A stretch of 63,904 nt of DNA, filler included, from Platydemus manokwari (Eukaryota), in assembly GCA_037951405.1 (NCBI GenBank). It is 5 parts of 5 records of this genome, joined end to end, with 100 filler letters (N's around TTAATTAATTAA, not from the genome) between each part and the next. Parts side by side here need not be neighbours in the genome. Positions count along the whole stretch, not along the records: positions 1 to 16,298 come from JBBMOY011191432.1; 4 more parts are not named here. One strand, given 5' to 3'. A program made the translations under genes and the position numbers. The notes beneath the pieces are model-generated. The model did not search any database and had not been told where the DNA came from. It worked only from the letters and a program-made list of their open reading frames with translations. How positions within the stretch are numbered: position 1 is the stretch's first letter; every line of letters starts with the position of its first letter. Shown here piece by piece: positions 1-14,263 of the stretch.

Positions 1-130
1 TTATGTTTGAGTTCAATTGTCTATGTTAATATTATTGTATCTATTAAATATTGAATTATCAATAATTTATCTGAAAAATATGGATTAAAATAATAATTAT
101 GACAGTTAACATAATATTTTTTCTTATAAA

Positions 131-832
131 ATGATTTTAAAAGAAATGATCATTCCAATAATAGACCGAAGCAATTCAAATATTTCCGAAGAAGATTTGC
201 CTTTAGAAAGCAGCAAAAGTTTTTCAGCTATTCGCAGTATTTTAAAACTGTTCAATATTATTGGATCGTATAATATGAATACTTCTGCCAGAAAACCAAA
301 ACTATCTATTTCTGAAGAAATAGATGAAGAATCGACGAAAAGTATTGTGGAAGCACAAAGAGCACTGATGAATAAAGATTATAAACATGATTACACCAAA
401 GTAAGCCTATTGTCAAAACGTGATTCTGAGTCTGATTCCAATGAAAATGAGGTTGAAGTTTATATGGCTAACGAACCTGCGACGGTTCTTGTAGAAATGA
501 AACGCAAAAAATTTAAAGAGGAAGCGCGCAAAAGTTATCTCGATGATATGATTAATTCAGTGGTTAAAGAAGTCGTTAATGATATTGCTAAGCGAAATAT
601 GTTAGTTTATGATGTATTGAAGGAAATATCTGCACTATTGATGAACGAGTATAGTAAAATTGATTTATCTTGGTTGAAACGAAAATCACCGAATCGAGAA
701 GCTATAATAAAATTTATGTTAAATATTTTGCCTTATTTAATACCTCTGTTATGTTTTCTCAGCCTGGGACTTGTCTTATGGGCTGTGTACCTGTACATGA
801 ACATTTGCTGTCCTTCAAAAGTGCTAAATTAA
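131..832 (+). CDS. Orphan 233-aa protein with a charged/helical body and one C-terminal hydrophobic segment (tail-anchor-like); may be a single exon or a terminal exon
   Basis: A 702-nt stop-free frame in very AT-rich DNA. Hydrophobic stretch ILPYLIPLLCFLSLGLVLWAVYLYM lies near the C-terminus, and AATAAA follows at about 878. No family recognised. Confidence 0.6.
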   Translation: MILKEMIIPIIDRSNSNISEEDLPLESSKSFSAIRSILKLFNIIGSYNMNTSARKPKLSISEEIDEESTKSIVEAQRALMNKDYKHDYTKVSLLSKRDSESDSNENEVEVYMANEPATVLVEMKRKKFKEEARKSYLDDMINSVVKEVVNDIAKRNMLVYDVLKEISALLMNEYSKIDLSWLKRKSPNREAIIKFMLNILPYLIPLLCFLSLGLVLWAVYLYMNICCPSKVLN

Positions 833-3442
833 ATTTATTTAGAAATGGACTGTTGTAATTATTTAACTTTTGGATAGAATAAATTAATAAAAGGTGTTTG
901 CATAATTTTATCAAATTATTATTATATTTATGGAATTGCGAATAGATGATGAGAACAAAACAATACTCAAAGGTTCAAATTATAAATAGAGAAAAAATTG
1001 TAGCATATTTTTAAAATTTCTTTAATTCGAATATCTGTCCCAGTAATCGTAGTTTTGGTGTTATACAACAATATAATTAGTAATAATCCATAATATCTAG
1101 ACTCTTTAATTATAAAATTATTTATAATAAAATGCATAATAATAATCTAAGAAATAAAATTGAACTTTTACATCTAAGCCAAATTCAATTTTATGTGCTT
1201 TGATTAAAGGTAAATTTAAACAAAAGTAAAACATGTCTAAAAATATGAACATTAGATTTTTGGATTAACTTTCCACAATGTTCAGCTAAAATAATTTTTG
1301 TCAGATGAGTTCGATCAATAAAAATGTTGGGGATTTCAAAAAGCTAATCTAAAAACAATTTATAAATGTATATTTGGTAGTGACAATTTATTCGTATAAA
1401 TGCAAAATCGATAATTGCAAGTAAATTTGTATATAGGTTTATATTTATAATTTTTATTTAAAAGAAATATAATTGTAATATTGTAATAATTGCATAGCAA
1501 TGTTTGCTTACCTGCTTAAAATAATATATCTGAGTTACATTGTAGAAATTTGAAACATTATAATTTTACCTTGTAATTTTATTTACTTACTCGTTTTAAG
1601 TGGTAATATTGACTGTTAAAATGGAATACCGTTTTTATTGTACAAAATAATTTAGTCATATTATTTTAACAGTCTTGTATAAATAATTTATCCTTTAAAA
1701 AAATAATGAAATTGAGAAATATTAATAAGAAATATTCAGGAATAAGTTGACGGTTAAATTAAAATCAATAATTTAATATTTTGTCTTGGGAAAATTGCAA
1801 TAGTGTTTCTATTTGTAAATCTTTGGAAAATATCGGGAATAATCTGTTCTATTAAAAATAATAAGATAGATTAATGGCTACACAGTAGACATCATATAAA
1901 TAGTGGAAGTCTCAATGGTCTATGTTCATTATTAGATAAACCACTAGGAAGAACTTTATCACCTTGAAAAGCGAAAATCTATCAACATCATTTGTTTCAT
2001 ACCTTACGAGTTTGCAGATCATTGTCAGTATGCCTATAAAGCTGAGTAAGCGTTTAATATTGTAAACAAATGATTTATATTATAACATCTGTAATTTCCT
2101 ACTTGTGAAATATTTTATATGAATTAAGTTTCAATTTAATTCAAAACAATTTTAATTCAAATTTAATTCAAATTTTATTCAGATTTAATTTTAATTTTAT
2201 AAAAAATTAAATCAAATAAATTTTAAGAAAATGAGTTCTTTGGTTTAAACATCAATTACAAGCGAAGTAGCTGCTACTAACACTACTATCGACATTTTCT
2301 CAAATATCTTTCGGTAAAAGGTTTTTCTTCAAGAACGTGAAGCATATAAACGGTAACTTAGTCGTGAATTTGCTGAGCTTCGTCACTAGGATTAATGGTA
2401 TATTTATATTGTTAAAATCAATTGTATTATCAGTGATAAATGCAATAGCAATAAATTTTTATAAATTCAAGAATTGGTTTTTGATTGATTCAAATAAATA
2501 AGAAACAATAGGATTATAAAGAGCATGTAGATACATTAAGAGGCTGATTAGAGTGCTCACAATAATTTGCAGGACATCGCTGTTGATATTATCATCTTCA
2601 TACGATATTAAGCGTGAGATGAAGAAAGAAAATTATAATAAGATTATATTACGACCTGAGACCTTAAATCAGATACTCGCAGAGACTGATTAAGACGATG
2701 ATATTGCCAATCTAAAAATCATTCGAGAAATTGTTAAATAAAAAACCATATAAAGCCCAAGCGCATCAAATAATTAAAATCATGAATTTACTCACAATTA
2801 GTTGAATCACCATTAATATGGCAAGAATAATTCAAAATTGAGATTAAATTAAGAGTTACAAATTTGAAATTGAGATAATGAGTCCATTACTTTAAAATCA
2901 ATTCAGGTTAATATTTAAGGTTCGTGTTGACGTTCACAGATTTATGCATTTTCATTTTAAAATGCACTGAAATTTCGAATGAAACGTTGGGATGATTTTT
3001 AATATTATAGCTTACTGACATGATATTTGAACTCGTTATTTGGAATTTACTTAAACTGAATACAATCACAATTGAAACAAGTTCATAAAAGTACGAAACC
3101 CATACATCTGAGCAATGAGTTATGAATTAATTTCAAGGGAGTCTTGGATGACAATCTATGTGAATTCTTTAGATTTGTTGTAGATAAATAACATGTGCGA
3201 AACTCTTTAAATCAACTTTCCTCAATCTCTGATTTATTTCCCTCAAAATAAGTACAATCAAAATCTCATCTACTATGAATGTACACCTATCACCTTTCTA
3301 CATCACAACTATCCTTCAAATAATCGATAATGAAATGTTTATAAAAATAATTGGAAATATCAATCTGTTGATATTCATACAAAACAAGGATAAATATAAC
3401 AAATAAATGGTTATGTTCAATATCACAAACATATAAACAACG

Positions 3443-6400
3443 TCAATTGTCTTGAAGTTTCGTATGGATGGGTGGTCGAAGTTTGTATCGAATATATTTC
3501 AAAATAAATAGAGGAATACATGAAACAGCCGTTATTGCCGCTACTTTCCAAACGAAATTTATTGTTTTCAGGAAATCTTTGTCTGAAAGAAAAATATAAA
3601 ATATCTGATATCTATTTAAACTCATGGAAACAGCATAATCGAGTTTTACTTTTATTGAAGAACTCAAGCCATTATATGAATCACGAATTGAATTTTTTAA
3701 TTAAATATAGATTTAAATACTGCTATGTAGACCCTTTAGTGATCAGAATTGTGAGCATTACTATAGATAAATGGATTTCTGATATTTGTTGATAAATACA
3801 CATCATAGCAATATCAAACTAAATTTAAAATAATACACAGTATCATAGTCGATGGTAAAGTTATTCCCACATTGCTTTTCTTTAATAGATCTTTAATTCA
3901 AATCATATTTTTTGTCAAACTAAATAAATTTTTATACATTTAATATGGTAATTACTGTTCTTTTTTATCTCAGTCTTCAATTGATTTTTTCTTCCCTTTA
4001 TGCCATTTTCATAAACTTCCTTATGAAATCTTATTCCGACTGTTAAAAATCTGGATTTTCATGAAAACTTCTTGATAATTATCGATTTTATAGTTGATAA
4101 TATTTTATTATGTAATACTTATAATAAGGGACAAGCCGATCAGATAGATCATTTTCAGATTATTAAAACCAATTTTTATAATCAACACTAACATAAACAG
4201 GTTAGAATATAAGAAAATCGTCAATTATTTAATACGATAAGCACATTAAAAACGGATCGTTATAAACAACAATCATAACGAAATTTCGATTGAGTATACG
4301 CATATTTACCAGTTAAATATTCTAGCTAAATGTCAGTAGGAGTACACTTGAATACATCGGAATATTATCGATAAATATTAATCATATATTTTGATTTGAG
4401 GTTATATTTGAAATTGAAAAGGGAGGAAACGAATAAAAATAAAAATATAATATGCGAGTAATTATTTTACCCAGAATAAGAAAATATTGGAAATGAATCC
4501 TTCATCATTTACATTTAATTAAATTACATCATTTATATTTTCAATTTCAAATCATCTGATGATAATTGATGGAAATGAAAAATGAGATTTGATTCGATGT
4601 ATTCCCCATTTTTGAAAATATAATTCGAATGAATATAAATAAAAACACTCGGAACAATTGATTGATAATGACCACATTTGGTTTAGTGTGATCGACATCT
4701 GAATTATAATAAAACAAATTGATTTTGTTTTGATTTCAGTTCATGAAATTATTATTTTGTCACTAAATTCCAATAATCACAACAAGGTATATCAAAATAA
4801 TGTTAAACATGCCACGTTCATTAAACATTCTCTCAACAATCAGAATTATAAATGAGTGGGTTTTACAATATTAATAATAATATTGATAATTAATCTCATG
4901 AAATCATAAATCGATAAATGAATAAATATGTATGTAATTGCTATCAAATCGTTAAAATATATTTTTCAATCAGCATAACGGTGAAATCCTTGGTAAAGAT
5001 GGTGATGAAAGATAATGGTTGGAGCATTCAGAAATTATTTTTAATATTTATAAATAGGAATGGTTGTATTAAACCAATGAAAATTTCAACAGGAGATCCA
5101 TCAGACAGATGGACAGATTTTAATTTTCTTTCTGTTCACCAGAATAAAATAAAAAGTCAAACAAATAATTTGATAATCGATTCAACTATTTATCGGGACC
5201 CATTGGCACCGCTTTCAAAAGCAGTGTCATTTAAGACTTGGTCGGTAGGCATTAGTTGGGATAGCATTTTGTCTCCATATTAGCACAATGTTGAATTAAT
5301 TTAAGAAAATTGGAGACCATTTTTGGAAAATGTTAAATATTTGAGCCAAAAATTGTGAATTGAATGGTTAACAAGACACATATCGTGGCGAATAAATGTT
5401 ACAAATAATAATTTAATGAAAACTATTCTAATGGACATTATTGAGTGAATCAAAACATCTTACCAAAATAATCTTTCAAGACAATGAGAGCAATGATATA
5501 AATTGCTAGACTGGCAAATTCAGCAATCAACATCAGAATGTGCCATGTTCTGATAGTCAGAGCGACCATAAGTAGCTCAGTGAGAACAAGTGAAGTGAAC
5601 GTTATTGAAACCACATGAATAAAGTCATCATCGAATAGCAATAATGCACCGTACATGATAATGCCACCTGTTAAACGGGAAAATCGACCATAAAACACAT
5701 CACTGATTATGTAATGATCAACCTTGATAAATGCTTATCAGAACCCAAACGAAGAACGTCTTAAAATTCAGGTCTCGACCTTTGGTTAGAGATTTGTACA
5801 ATTCTGGATATGTGAGAGCAACTTTATCTGTGACATCTTTGTCGAGAACGAGAGAAAATACCGGAAACATTGTAAAGACAGTTGCATAACCCACCATGAG
5901 AAATCCAGGAAATAGAGGAATGGCCACAAAATAGAATATTGCAGAGAAAATGACTTGCATGACAGAAATAATCATTCCTGAATCAGAAATTATAGAACTA
6001 TAATATTGATAATAAGATTATATGTTGACAATATCAATGAGAAAGTTATATTTTCTGGCCGTTATTTATTCCGAATATGTTAAATATATAATTGATTTCC
6101 AATATTTTACAAGGTTTCATTGATTTTTAAAACAGATCCTTTTCCCTTTTAAAATTATTTATTGATTAAAATGTTTGAATATCAGATTTATTCGATTCGA
6201 CACAGTTTTTGTCAAATTTCTTTTATCATCACATCTTCAAATTAAAAAGGCTCCCAAATTTTAGCCGAATAACACAATTTTTTTTATCGATTTATACCAA
6301 ATAAATGAGATTAGTTGTATGTTTGATTTGATTTTTATTAGTATTATGAGGGATTTTGTATCCTCAGACACAGAGAAGATGGGCCGAAAATGTTGAGATA

Positions 6401-9400
6401 CAACAGTTAATTATTATGAAATACAACGAGTATAAAATCAATGATTATTCACCTCTGTGTATAACAAATTGGCTTAATGTTGCAGTGTTCTTATATGTAT
6501 TTCGACCGTGTACCAGAAATAGCTTCGCAACATGATTGAATTGGGTCAATGAAAAATCAGAAGCCAAAGAAGCTTGTCGACCCTCTTTCCCAACAATACC
6601 AATACCGACATCTGCGGCCTGAATCATGCTGACGTCATTACCTCCATCACCAATGGCTGCGATTCTCACACCGGTGTGAACTCTGAGAAGTCTAACCAAG
6701 TCAGCCTTTTGTGTCGGTGAACAACGACAAACAACAACCGCAGGACATTGAATGGTTAATTGCATGAATTCATACTCATAAAATTCTAAACACGTCTGTA
6801 AAGTATCAAAATGAATGCTCGGACATAATAAATTGATTAAATTTACCTGTAAAGACTGGCCCGTGATAATAAGAGCAGAATCGGATCTTTTTCGAAAAGC
6901 GTTCAATTCTAGATGGGCTTCAGCTCTGCCCGATACAGGTTGAAATATGTGAAGACTTTGATTACGGGATACCAATCTCGATGATTTAGCTATGCATTCA
7001 GCGGTTTCAAGCTTGTCTCCAGTCAACATCCAAACTCTGATACCAGCATTCCGAAGAGTTTCCAATGTTGGTCGCACCTAATTATTTAAATTTTTTATTT
7101 AATTCTATAAATATTTATAATTTTGGTCACTTGATTTATAAATGAATAAAAAATTATTTTATATTAATGAACAGGAACGGTAGTCATTGAAAAAAGATAA
7201 ATCATTAAGAACCGAGATACAAATATAAAGATAATTTTGTTTAAATCATTAAGTGCAGCTCAAATACAAATGATATTACTACAATAAAGTTAGATGGGAT
7301 CGATAGAAATGAGATTCAAAAAGCAAGTTGGTGGAAAAAGTAGTTCTAGCAAGGTTGGAGACAGACTAAACGGAAACCGAATAATCACAAAACACTCACA
7401 AACAGAGCCTCCTTGTTAAATGGTTTTATTTTTATTATTAAGTGTAATTTGAATAATTTTAAAGTTATTAATTAACTAAAAATTAATTAAAATAAATATA
7501 AAAATATAAATAAATAAATAATAAGTATAATTTAAATTAGGCAGAAAATTTTTCAAAAAATCAATTTAATGTAATTATGGCTAAAATCAACAAGAAATTA
7601 TTTGAAGTTAATAAATTTTTTGTGTCTTAATGTCAGAGCCGATGCGTGGAGTGAACCGACATCTAGATTGGGATGGATCCACAGTTCTGTTTCTGGGAGT
7701 ACTGCTCCAATAAAACTGATGATATATCATTTAATATAAACAAGTCAACATTTTGATAAACATAATTTTCATTATATTCGGCCTTGAGTATGAAAACTTA
7801 ATAACAAAATCAATACCAATAAAATTAATAAAATAATCGATTTGAGACCAGGAGCTCATTTATAATAAATATTTCAGTCTTTAAAATGAATGGATTTCAA
7901 ATTTTGTTGAACAAAAATCAAATTGTACCATTTATTTACCATCATCATCATCATCGATAATCCAATATAATCAATAGAATAAAAGACAAATAAATTCTCG
8001 AACTCTCGAGATTTTCTTATATTTTTAGATATTGCAAAAACCATAATTTTCAATCAACTGTCATCGAAATTTTCAAGATTCAAGATGTCATTACTATAAC
8101 GATATGCTTTAGAGAAAAATGTGAAATCATAAATTGATGAAAAATGAAAAATCTCAAACGTTTACAATTCTTCAATACAGTAGTTAGTCAAGTAAGTGCA
8201 ACACAGTTCAATAAATCAGATATAGCACTTGTTTGTCTAACTGGTTGAAATATTTATTTTGATACTAGATGCTGATAAGGTTGAAGCGTTATCACAGCCA
8301 ATCAAATCTGGAATAAATTAAGTTCGTGAGTATTATCCGCTCTGATTTTTTATTTATATTTTTAATCAAATAACACGCCAAAGTGATGTACTAATGTTTT
8401 ATTTTGACGATTGCATCTTAATAAAATCGATATATAATTTATAATCTTCGAGTCTCAAAATTGATTTTATAAGACAATCTTTTCACCTTTCACTTGTACA
8501 TGCTGAAATACATGGCAACTGCTCTGATGCGAGATAATATCAAGCATAATGTAAAACGTATTAATTATGGTTGTATGACTTTAAAAAGTTTAAACAGCCA
8601 CGACAGTGATCAATGCAACACTCACTCTAATTCAATACAGGCAAAATAATTTAAAAATAGTGATTTATCGATAATTAATTGGTTGAATAAATTTTCAGAA
8701 AATTCGGTTAAAATCGATATTTTTCCAGGATCGGAAGTTGTAATACCAACCGAGATCGATTGTAAATCAATAAATTCTACAAACCAATTAAGATAATAAT
8801 TCTTACCGCTTCTTGTAGTTTATCTTCCACTCCTGTAAGACATAATAAATCTAAATCTCGTTCGATAGTGGCCAGTGTTGCTGCAACCTTTGCCGATCGC
8901 TCGTTCATGGACATCTTGGCTTGATGGAAGCTAGAAGATTCCAAATATAAACCATTTATAAAATGAAAATCGAAAATCAAACCGAGATTCGAAATCTAAA
9001 TATTGTTCTTCAGTTAAAATCTTCTTGCCAACAACAAGGGTCCTGAGTCCTTCTCTAGCCATGTTACCGGTTTCCTCATCAAGCCAATCAGTAAACGTTA
9101 CCATTTGTGACATAACTGTATCAGCACCTTTCATAAATAAACTGATCTCACCAGTTTGTTCATCTTTGATAATGATACTCATTCTTTTAGATTCCGAAGT
9201 AAATGGGAATATTTGAAGAATCTTATAATTCAAGATTATGCCTAGAAATGTTCACCGTTTATATTATTTACAAGCTCAGATTTTCGAAAAGATAATTTAT
9301 AAAAAATCAACACAAACTGACCATTTGATGTCCGCAGCTGCATAGAATTAAGATCTCTTTTATAAAGTGTCAATCCAACGGTTTCTGTCCATGAAACAAG

Positions 9401-10505
9401 AGCTACTTCATCGGGTGAACTAGCTTGATATGTGACCTTCTGTTTTACACCAGTCATTTCTGTAGACCCAATTTCATCTTCAAGAGCCATAGCTGGAGAT
9501 GATGAATTCTAAAATTGTAATATACAAATAATATTTCATCGATATAGATATAATAACTTCTTCTTCCTCTTCGTTGACAGGAATAACATTGTGACACAAT
9601 GCAATCGCTTGCACAGCTTCAAGAACTCTTATTGCACCGGTTTTTCTCACTTTTGTATCTGTTGCAGGCATTTTGGCACCAGATTCATAAAATGATCTTA
9701 ATTGTTCGGCAATCTAACAAATAAGTATCGTAATAATATTTTCTCGTGTTAAAAAATCATTAAAAATAGCAAAATGGAAAATATTAAATGGTTCCTAAGT
9801 CACTCAAATCAACACTGCCAAAATAGTAGAACCAGAAATAATAACCATGATCATTATATTAATCATTGATAATAGTTATGTAAAATATTATCAAAAAGAT
9901 TTTAGCATTTTAATCATGTCTATGAAATACCGTCATAAAAATACAACGCAAAATTTTGTTTCAAGATAATGTGAACATTAAATCAATATAATATTTGGTC
10001 ATATTGTTCTACAAGCATAATGTAAAAATAATCGATAAATATTTCCTTTTTTAGCAATCCATTTATTTAATCGATAGACAGAGATGAGTTCAATTCAGAG
10101 AAATAATTGAAGTCTAAGTCACATTATATATTTCAACAAAATTTTCATTAGTTTTGCATATTATATGCATTTTATCAGATAAATTATACAGTATAATCTA
10201 TATTTAAATGAAATTGAGTCACATATACATATATAATTAGGTCGAAATGGTTTCACATGTTGATCTCTGAAGTGCACTTTGTCACGTACGAATTCACAGG
10301 GTTATATTAAGAGATTAAATGTATCAACATAAATTATCGAGACTTTATGTCAGCAATAAATAACTCTTTTGCACTTTATATTATATTATGTGAATCATTC
10401 ATTGTATGATAATAGAAATAATCACAATCTATCCAGTGTAGATATTTATCCATTTCAAAAGGAGAGGCATGGTACTCCATCTACCTTTTCCTGACCTCTT
10501 GATAT

Positions 10506-10544
<39 letters not shown>

Positions 10545-13500
10545 TTGATATTAATATTTAGAAATAATTTTAGCATCTTTTAAGAGAAAAATAAGAGAAA
10601 TGAAATGATATAAATGAGAAATCACACATAAGATATCCAAAAAATTTAGCCCGATTTTGTAAGATAAACGAATGTAAATTTTCAATGAATTTATTATCTG
10701 GTGAATGAGAACTACGAGCACAATAAATTAAAGGTACAACAATGATCCATTCGAAAGAAACAAGAATGCATACAATAAAATTCATTGAAAACTTACATTC
10801 ATTATCGGCCGAAACTTTTTGGACACTCTGTATAATGCCGATATAATATTATGACAGCAATATTCATAATGTAGATATTATTAATTAATAATAAATCGAT
10901 AAAATATTAAATTTTATTGATTGAATAAAATGATATTTAATTTGAGAAATCACAAAAAAGCAAATTATAAATGTTCTAATCTTTATTATTTGACATCACA
11001 GATTCCAATGAAAATCATGGAGAATGTTTATACGGGTTTATAGAGATAGTTATATACAATTGTATTACCAATTCGATAATATTCAACATGTATTTAGGAT
11101 TAGTTTTGTGTATTTTAGCAACATGATATTATCAATTTTTGGTTTAGAACGTAAATTATTTTTATTGAAATCAACATAGCTGGCATATTCAGCATTGGTA
11201 TCAAGTTTGAGAATACGGATCTGTTTAATCCGTACGTATAATAATTATTTGTGTTGATATTGTTTCATATTAACGATTCTCAATCATTTTACAGGGATAC
11301 AGTATTGAATTTGATATTCATTTAATATATTCATCATTCTATGGAATTGATCGGAAAGGGATAAACAATAATTATCAAGCAATTCATCACGATTTAATTT
11401 ATAAAATATTGATGAATATTTATCAACGTCCAATATTAATAGACTTAGATAAACAAAATACCGATGGTAAATCACATGTTAAATAATTTGGCTTCATTAT
11501 AAATAATTGGAATTAAAATATGTGTATATTCTGTGGAGAAATATTGATAATTTCGAATTTAATCGATAATTAATTTTATTGATTATTTTCATTCCAATAA
11601 TTCGAAAGAACTAATCGATTAATCATATAATATTTGAGGATGACTTCATAAATGATTCATTTAAATGCCGATTATGTAATAAAACGGGGCATCATTTTTT
11701 CAATCAGAATCTCATATTCCACACTCAACATTAAATAATGTTTTCCACACATAATCGATACGAGCATTCAATAGTTCATAAGCGTGTTCAGATTTCATAT
11801 GACAGATAATAATAGTAATTCATCGATATGAGGATTAATGTGTTCCTTTAACAAGATTCCGAAGCTTTTTCTTTGATAACGCGATTATAATTTGAGAAAT
11901 GATTCGAGAAAATGATGATGTACAAGATTTGCTGAAGAGTTATGATGATTGAAGCAAATACAAGGTTTTCCCATAAATCGATACATAAAATTTGCAATTT
12001 TTTTGACATGTTTATTAAATATTGATTTGGACACTCATCATGTGAAGATTTGTTTACAGTTTATCAAAACAGAGTTATAACATTATATAATGAATGTTAA
12101 CAGCAAAAACTGTTGTATCAGGCTAATAAAGATTATTTTAGAAATCCTTATTATAGATCTTAGAGTAAATCAATCAAACTACAAACCTCATCCATCGAAT
12201 CACTTCCATACGATACAGTTCCCAGATGCAGCTTTTTAAACATCATTTCATTTTGTGTCAGTGTGCCCGTTTTATCAGACATCAAATACGAGATTCTTCC
12301 CAACTCTTCTGGAATTGTTGTTGTGCGTACGATTACCTGTGGAATTTCTTTATCTCGCATAATGATGAAAGCTGCTACGATTTTGGCAAGGTCCAAATTG
12401 ACTCTCAACCTGAACATATAAAGAATTTAGAGAATTATAGTGGATAACATTTTGACATTTGTTTTAGAAGTGTTTCGAGAAATATTGACTGAAGGACTCA
12501 ATCCTATAATTCCAGCGACTAAGGCAAAGGATTATAGAGACGATAATATTGAGGTCAAACGACAGGTCTCTTGGATCATATAAAAGGAAAATTTTGAGTG
12601 AATAGGAAGATGGATCAACTAGTTCAATGAAATTCGAAATAAGAATATCGAAAATCCATAAATTAGATTTCCTAAAGAACTCAATTCTTTAACGATAAGA
12701 GTAGGAAAATATCAGGGCAGGCCGAAGCCGCAATAAAGTTCATTATATCGTTTACAGAATGGTTTTGCTGAGACTACATAGATATTTATATTCAATAACA
12801 CATCGATTTTAAAAAGAATGTTCATAGGGACTATTGTGTGAAAGGAATGATATTAAGCAGAAATATCACAATGATTTACGTTGACATAGACACGGAAGAC
12901 ATAAACGAAAAAATTATAATATTTGCCACACTAAATTAAGAATGAGGTATCGTTGGTCCACTTTCGTAAGGCACAATTACTGTAAGTGTAAAATCCGAAT
13001 GTGATAACAGAGGAAAATACCCAACAGTAAAATTCATATGAAGAATAATTTATGAAAAATAATAAACTAAAATTAATTGTAAATGAAAATGGTCCATTTG
13101 CTTGTGGTTAGCACGGAAAATATTTAGACTAATATTCCCTTTACACCCTATTAAACATAATATCGATAGGAATATTTTGGCTATGCTGTCAATTGGAATG
13201 CGTGTACTAATGCTCCGAATTCTAATCCATTCAAGAAATAAATAATAAAGTGGTTCATTGAGATTAGATCTTTGAAATAAATCTTCAACAAATCAATATC
13301 GCCCACACACAATATCTCCCATGTTTTAATCATAACATTGTCAAGTTAACAGCTGTTAATAATCCGCAATGAAAAGATATGAAATACTTACGCTAATGGA
13401 ATAATGTAGGAGAAAAGCAAGAAAAATCTCCATAAATATTTGTACCACGATCCTGAAAACCCTTTCAGAATCAACATAATCAATGATAACAGCACTGTTG

Positions 13501-14263
13501 TAATAAATAGCAGCTTTGTAAGATTATTGATCTCACGATCAATCAGTCCGAATTTACTACGGGGCTGGCTGGAATTCATCACTGCCCGAGTTTCTGATCC
13601 GGTATAAATCACCATCCCAACGGCTCTACCATTTGCTAAAACAGTATTTGCCCAAAGTGTATTTTCCACGGACAGGGGATCTTCCGCCTCCACCCCGTCC
13701 GTTCTGGAAAAACTACCTTCAAAATTGTGGATATTTTTGTTTGGTTTCTCTGCATAAATTTGAGCCTGTATTTTGAATATACATTCCGGCGTCTCTAATC
13801 GTTGAATGGTTGGCACGGCAATTCGAAGTTTCCAATCGGTTTCCCCATCTAATTGGTCAGTACGAATGAAACAAGTACCAGATTTTTCTGTTGTCTGCAA
13901 AAAAACCATATCTGCTGGCACTCGTTGATTCTTATCTACGATTATTACGTCTCCTACCTATTAGACATATGTTACTTCATAAACAGAAAAAATAAAGACT
14001 CCAACTTCAATATTGGAGCTGATAATCATTTTCCTATCTCCGTTCTTCATCAACTTAATATATTGAGTCATATTAACTTCTCTGTCTCTTTTCCATCTCC
14101 GAATGTCATCTATTGCTGCACGGCAAAGTGTTATAAAGATAACAAACCCTAATGGAGCCCAATAAGTATAGAGATAGCCAATTTTGAGAGCTGGGATAAA
14201 CTGACTGCATGCCATGACGAGGAAAAGCAAATTTAAAAATATACTGAATTGTTCGAACAATAC
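3443..14263 (-). CDS. ATP9: Phospholipid-transporting P4-ATPase class II (ATP9A/ATP9B/Neo1 family), 5'-partial
   Basis: Exons joined in frame through GT-AG introns: 14263-14006, 13957-13392, 12409-12187, 9713-9558, 9508-9322, 9241-8983, 8930-8807, 7077-6847, 6795-6453, 5977-5723, 5667-5464, 3582-3443 (TGA). Motifs include [20 protein letters not shown] (phospho-Asp), [46 protein letters not shown] and [13 protein letters not shown]-terminal exon(s) were not found before the gap at 16299. Confidence 0.96.
10507..10543. repeat. Compound (CA)n(TA)n microsatellite
   Basis: Read directly. Similar compound tracts occur at about 25887-25929 and about 27285-27323. Confidence 0.9.
10806..10834 (-). 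mobile_element. Solo Tc1/mariner-type terminal sequence
   Basis: The reverse complement reads TA-CAGAGTGTCCAAAAAGTTTCGGCCG, resembling CAG(G/A)GTGTCC termini. No partner TIR was found. Confidence 0.4.

Noticed and set aside
467-484. Hexapeptide ANEPAT shared with the ORF at 51354
   Set aside because: There is no further protein or DNA similarity, so it is treated as coincidence.
13958-14005. Intron start (GTTGGA) mimics the next exon start (GTAGGA), hinting at intron gain by duplication
   Set aside because: The similarity is only 6 nt and partly forced by the GT donor, which is insufficient evidence.
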